Source of the DNA: an uncultured Eubacteriales bacterium
GTDB taxonomy: Bacteria; Bacillota_I; Bacilli_A; RF39; UBA660
Length of the DNA: 64,000 bases
Assembly (NCBI GenBank): GCA_905211265.1
Contig: CAJMAC010000007.1
Span: 905-64,904, forward strand
Reading direction: 5' to 3'
Shown here: positions 63,220-64,000 of the stretch, in pieces
Layout: every line of letters starts with the position of its first letter
How positions within the stretch are numbered: position 1 is the first letter of the stretch
Notes under the pieces: generated by a model
Seen by the model: the letters and a program-made list of their open reading frames with translations, nothing else
The model's database searches: none
What the model was told of the DNA's origin: nothing
Translations under genes and position numbers: made by a program

Positions 63220-64000
63220 ATTATCTATAAAAAACATAACCAAAAGTATAAAAGACTACGCCATCTATTTCTTTACCTTAGTATTAGGAGTAGCAATATT
63301 CTATGTCTTTAACGCCATAGATAGCCAAACAGTAATGTTAAATGTAACAAGCACCCAGTACGAAGTAATAAAATTAATGACAACCATACTAGGAGGAGTA
63401 AGTGTCTTTGTATCATTTGTTTTAGGATTTCTAATAATATACGCCAGTCGTTTCCTAATAAAAAGAAGAAACAAAGAATTTGGAATCTATCTAACCCTAG
63501 GAATGCCCAAAAGAAAAATATCTCTAATACTTTTCTTTGAAACCCTAATAATAGGAATAATCTCCCTAGGAGTAGGACTAGCCTTAGGAATAATATTATC
63601 TCAATTAATGAGTGTCTTAGTAGCCAATATGTTTGAAGCAGACTTAACAAACTTTAAATTTACTTTTTCATCATCTTCAGCACTAAAAACATTATTATAT
63701 TTTAGTATCATGTATCTAGTAGTAATGATATTTAATACCATAATCATAAATAAATGTAAATTAATAGACTTACTACATGGCAATAAAAAATCAGAAAAAG
63801 TAAAACTTAAGAATCCTATTCTTTGTATAATAGTATTCATAATATCATCAGTAGCATTATCTTATGCATATTACCTAGTAACAGAAGGCTTTACCAAGTC
63901 CCCATTAATGACTACCATAGAAGGAATCTTAATACCAATAGCCCTAGGATGCCTATCAACATTCCTTATATTCTGGTCATTATCAGGATTAATCCTAAAA
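63206..64000 (+). CDS. FtsX-family ABC permease (BceB-like), 3' end outside window
   Basis: Not in the ORF track because it runs off the window edge. AGGAGGA RBS (63192-63198). MMLFKLSIKNITKSIKDYAIYFFTLVLGVAIFYVFNAIDSQ... The frame is open to nt 64000. The start overlaps the ATPase gene end. Confidence 0.85.
   Translation, partial: MMLFKLSIKNITKSIKDYAIYFFTLVLGVAIFYVFNAIDSQTVMLNVTSTQYEVIKLMTTILGGVSVFVSFVLGFLIIYASRFLIKRRNKEFGIYLTLGMPKRKISLILFFETLIIGIISLGVGLALGIILSQLMSVLVANMFEADLTNFKFTFSSSSALKTLLYFSIMYLVVMIFNTIIINKCKLIDLLHGNKKSEKVKLKNPILCIIVFIISSVALSYAYYLVTEGFTKSPLMTTIEGILIPIALGCLSTFLIFWSLSGLILK

Noticed and set aside
63309-63840. Two minus-strand ORFs (63309..63650 and 63601..63840) at the right edge.
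   Set aside because: The plus strand carries a BceB/FtsX-type permease (start 63206) that is open to the window end. It is missing from the track only because it has no stop within the window. The minus-strand ORFs are antisense artefacts.

Overview
Very AT-rich sequence (about a quarter G+C by eye, not computed), with standard genetic code and Bacillota-type gene content.

Left flank (1-16.4 kb), ordinary chromosome:
- a LytS-type two-component pair and a GT-C/GT2 glycosylation pair
- a partly decayed class II bacteriocin locus with two double-glycine-leader peptide genes that the ORF track missed
- mtnN, a Ham1-like gene, an ABC-F gene behind a leader-peptide attenuator, a NUDIX gene, rpsU, yqeY and recG

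Centre (16.5 to about 60.5 kb), a composite accessory/defence region of about 44 kb downstream of recG. It appears to be built by repeated insertion at one site, the core CCCCCTGAA, which sits just before the terminator of a putative small RNA.
- Island 1 (16566-26699) carries a tyrosine integrase, a RepA-like ATPase, Xis-like and XRE genes, an inverted-repeat-flanked zinc-ribbon nuclease module, and TnpV.
- Island 2 (26691-37230) has no integrase and is bracketed by ~200-bp direct repeats. It carries a C-protein/type II R-M system, a self-promoted operon (small protein + GHKL ATPase + HhH/PC4-like DNA binder), and a transmembrane KAP NTPase.
- 37.2-46.5 kb is a one-directional array of small gene cassettes separated by a family of structured multi-hairpin repeats. 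Cassettes include NUDIX, XRE-CYTH plus two unknowns, Fic, a methyltransferase, pseudogene debris, and an SF1 helicase-Vsr-like nuclease.
- Further right come a PIN-like gene, a translationally coupled type I R-M operon with an extra embedded gene and an (LEAE)n repeat in hsdS, and a 1115-aa NACHT-like STAND NTPase.

Right flank (60.6-64 kb): a BceRS/BceAB-type peptide-antibiotic sensing and detoxification module.

No tRNA, rRNA or CRISPR array was seen.

The best candidate for an undescribed system is the GHKL ATPase operon at 30078-33912, possibly extending through the KAP gene to 37089. The cassette/repeat architecture and the inverted-repeat-flanked nuclease module are the next most unusual features.

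All functional calls rest on motif recognition by eye; no searches were run.
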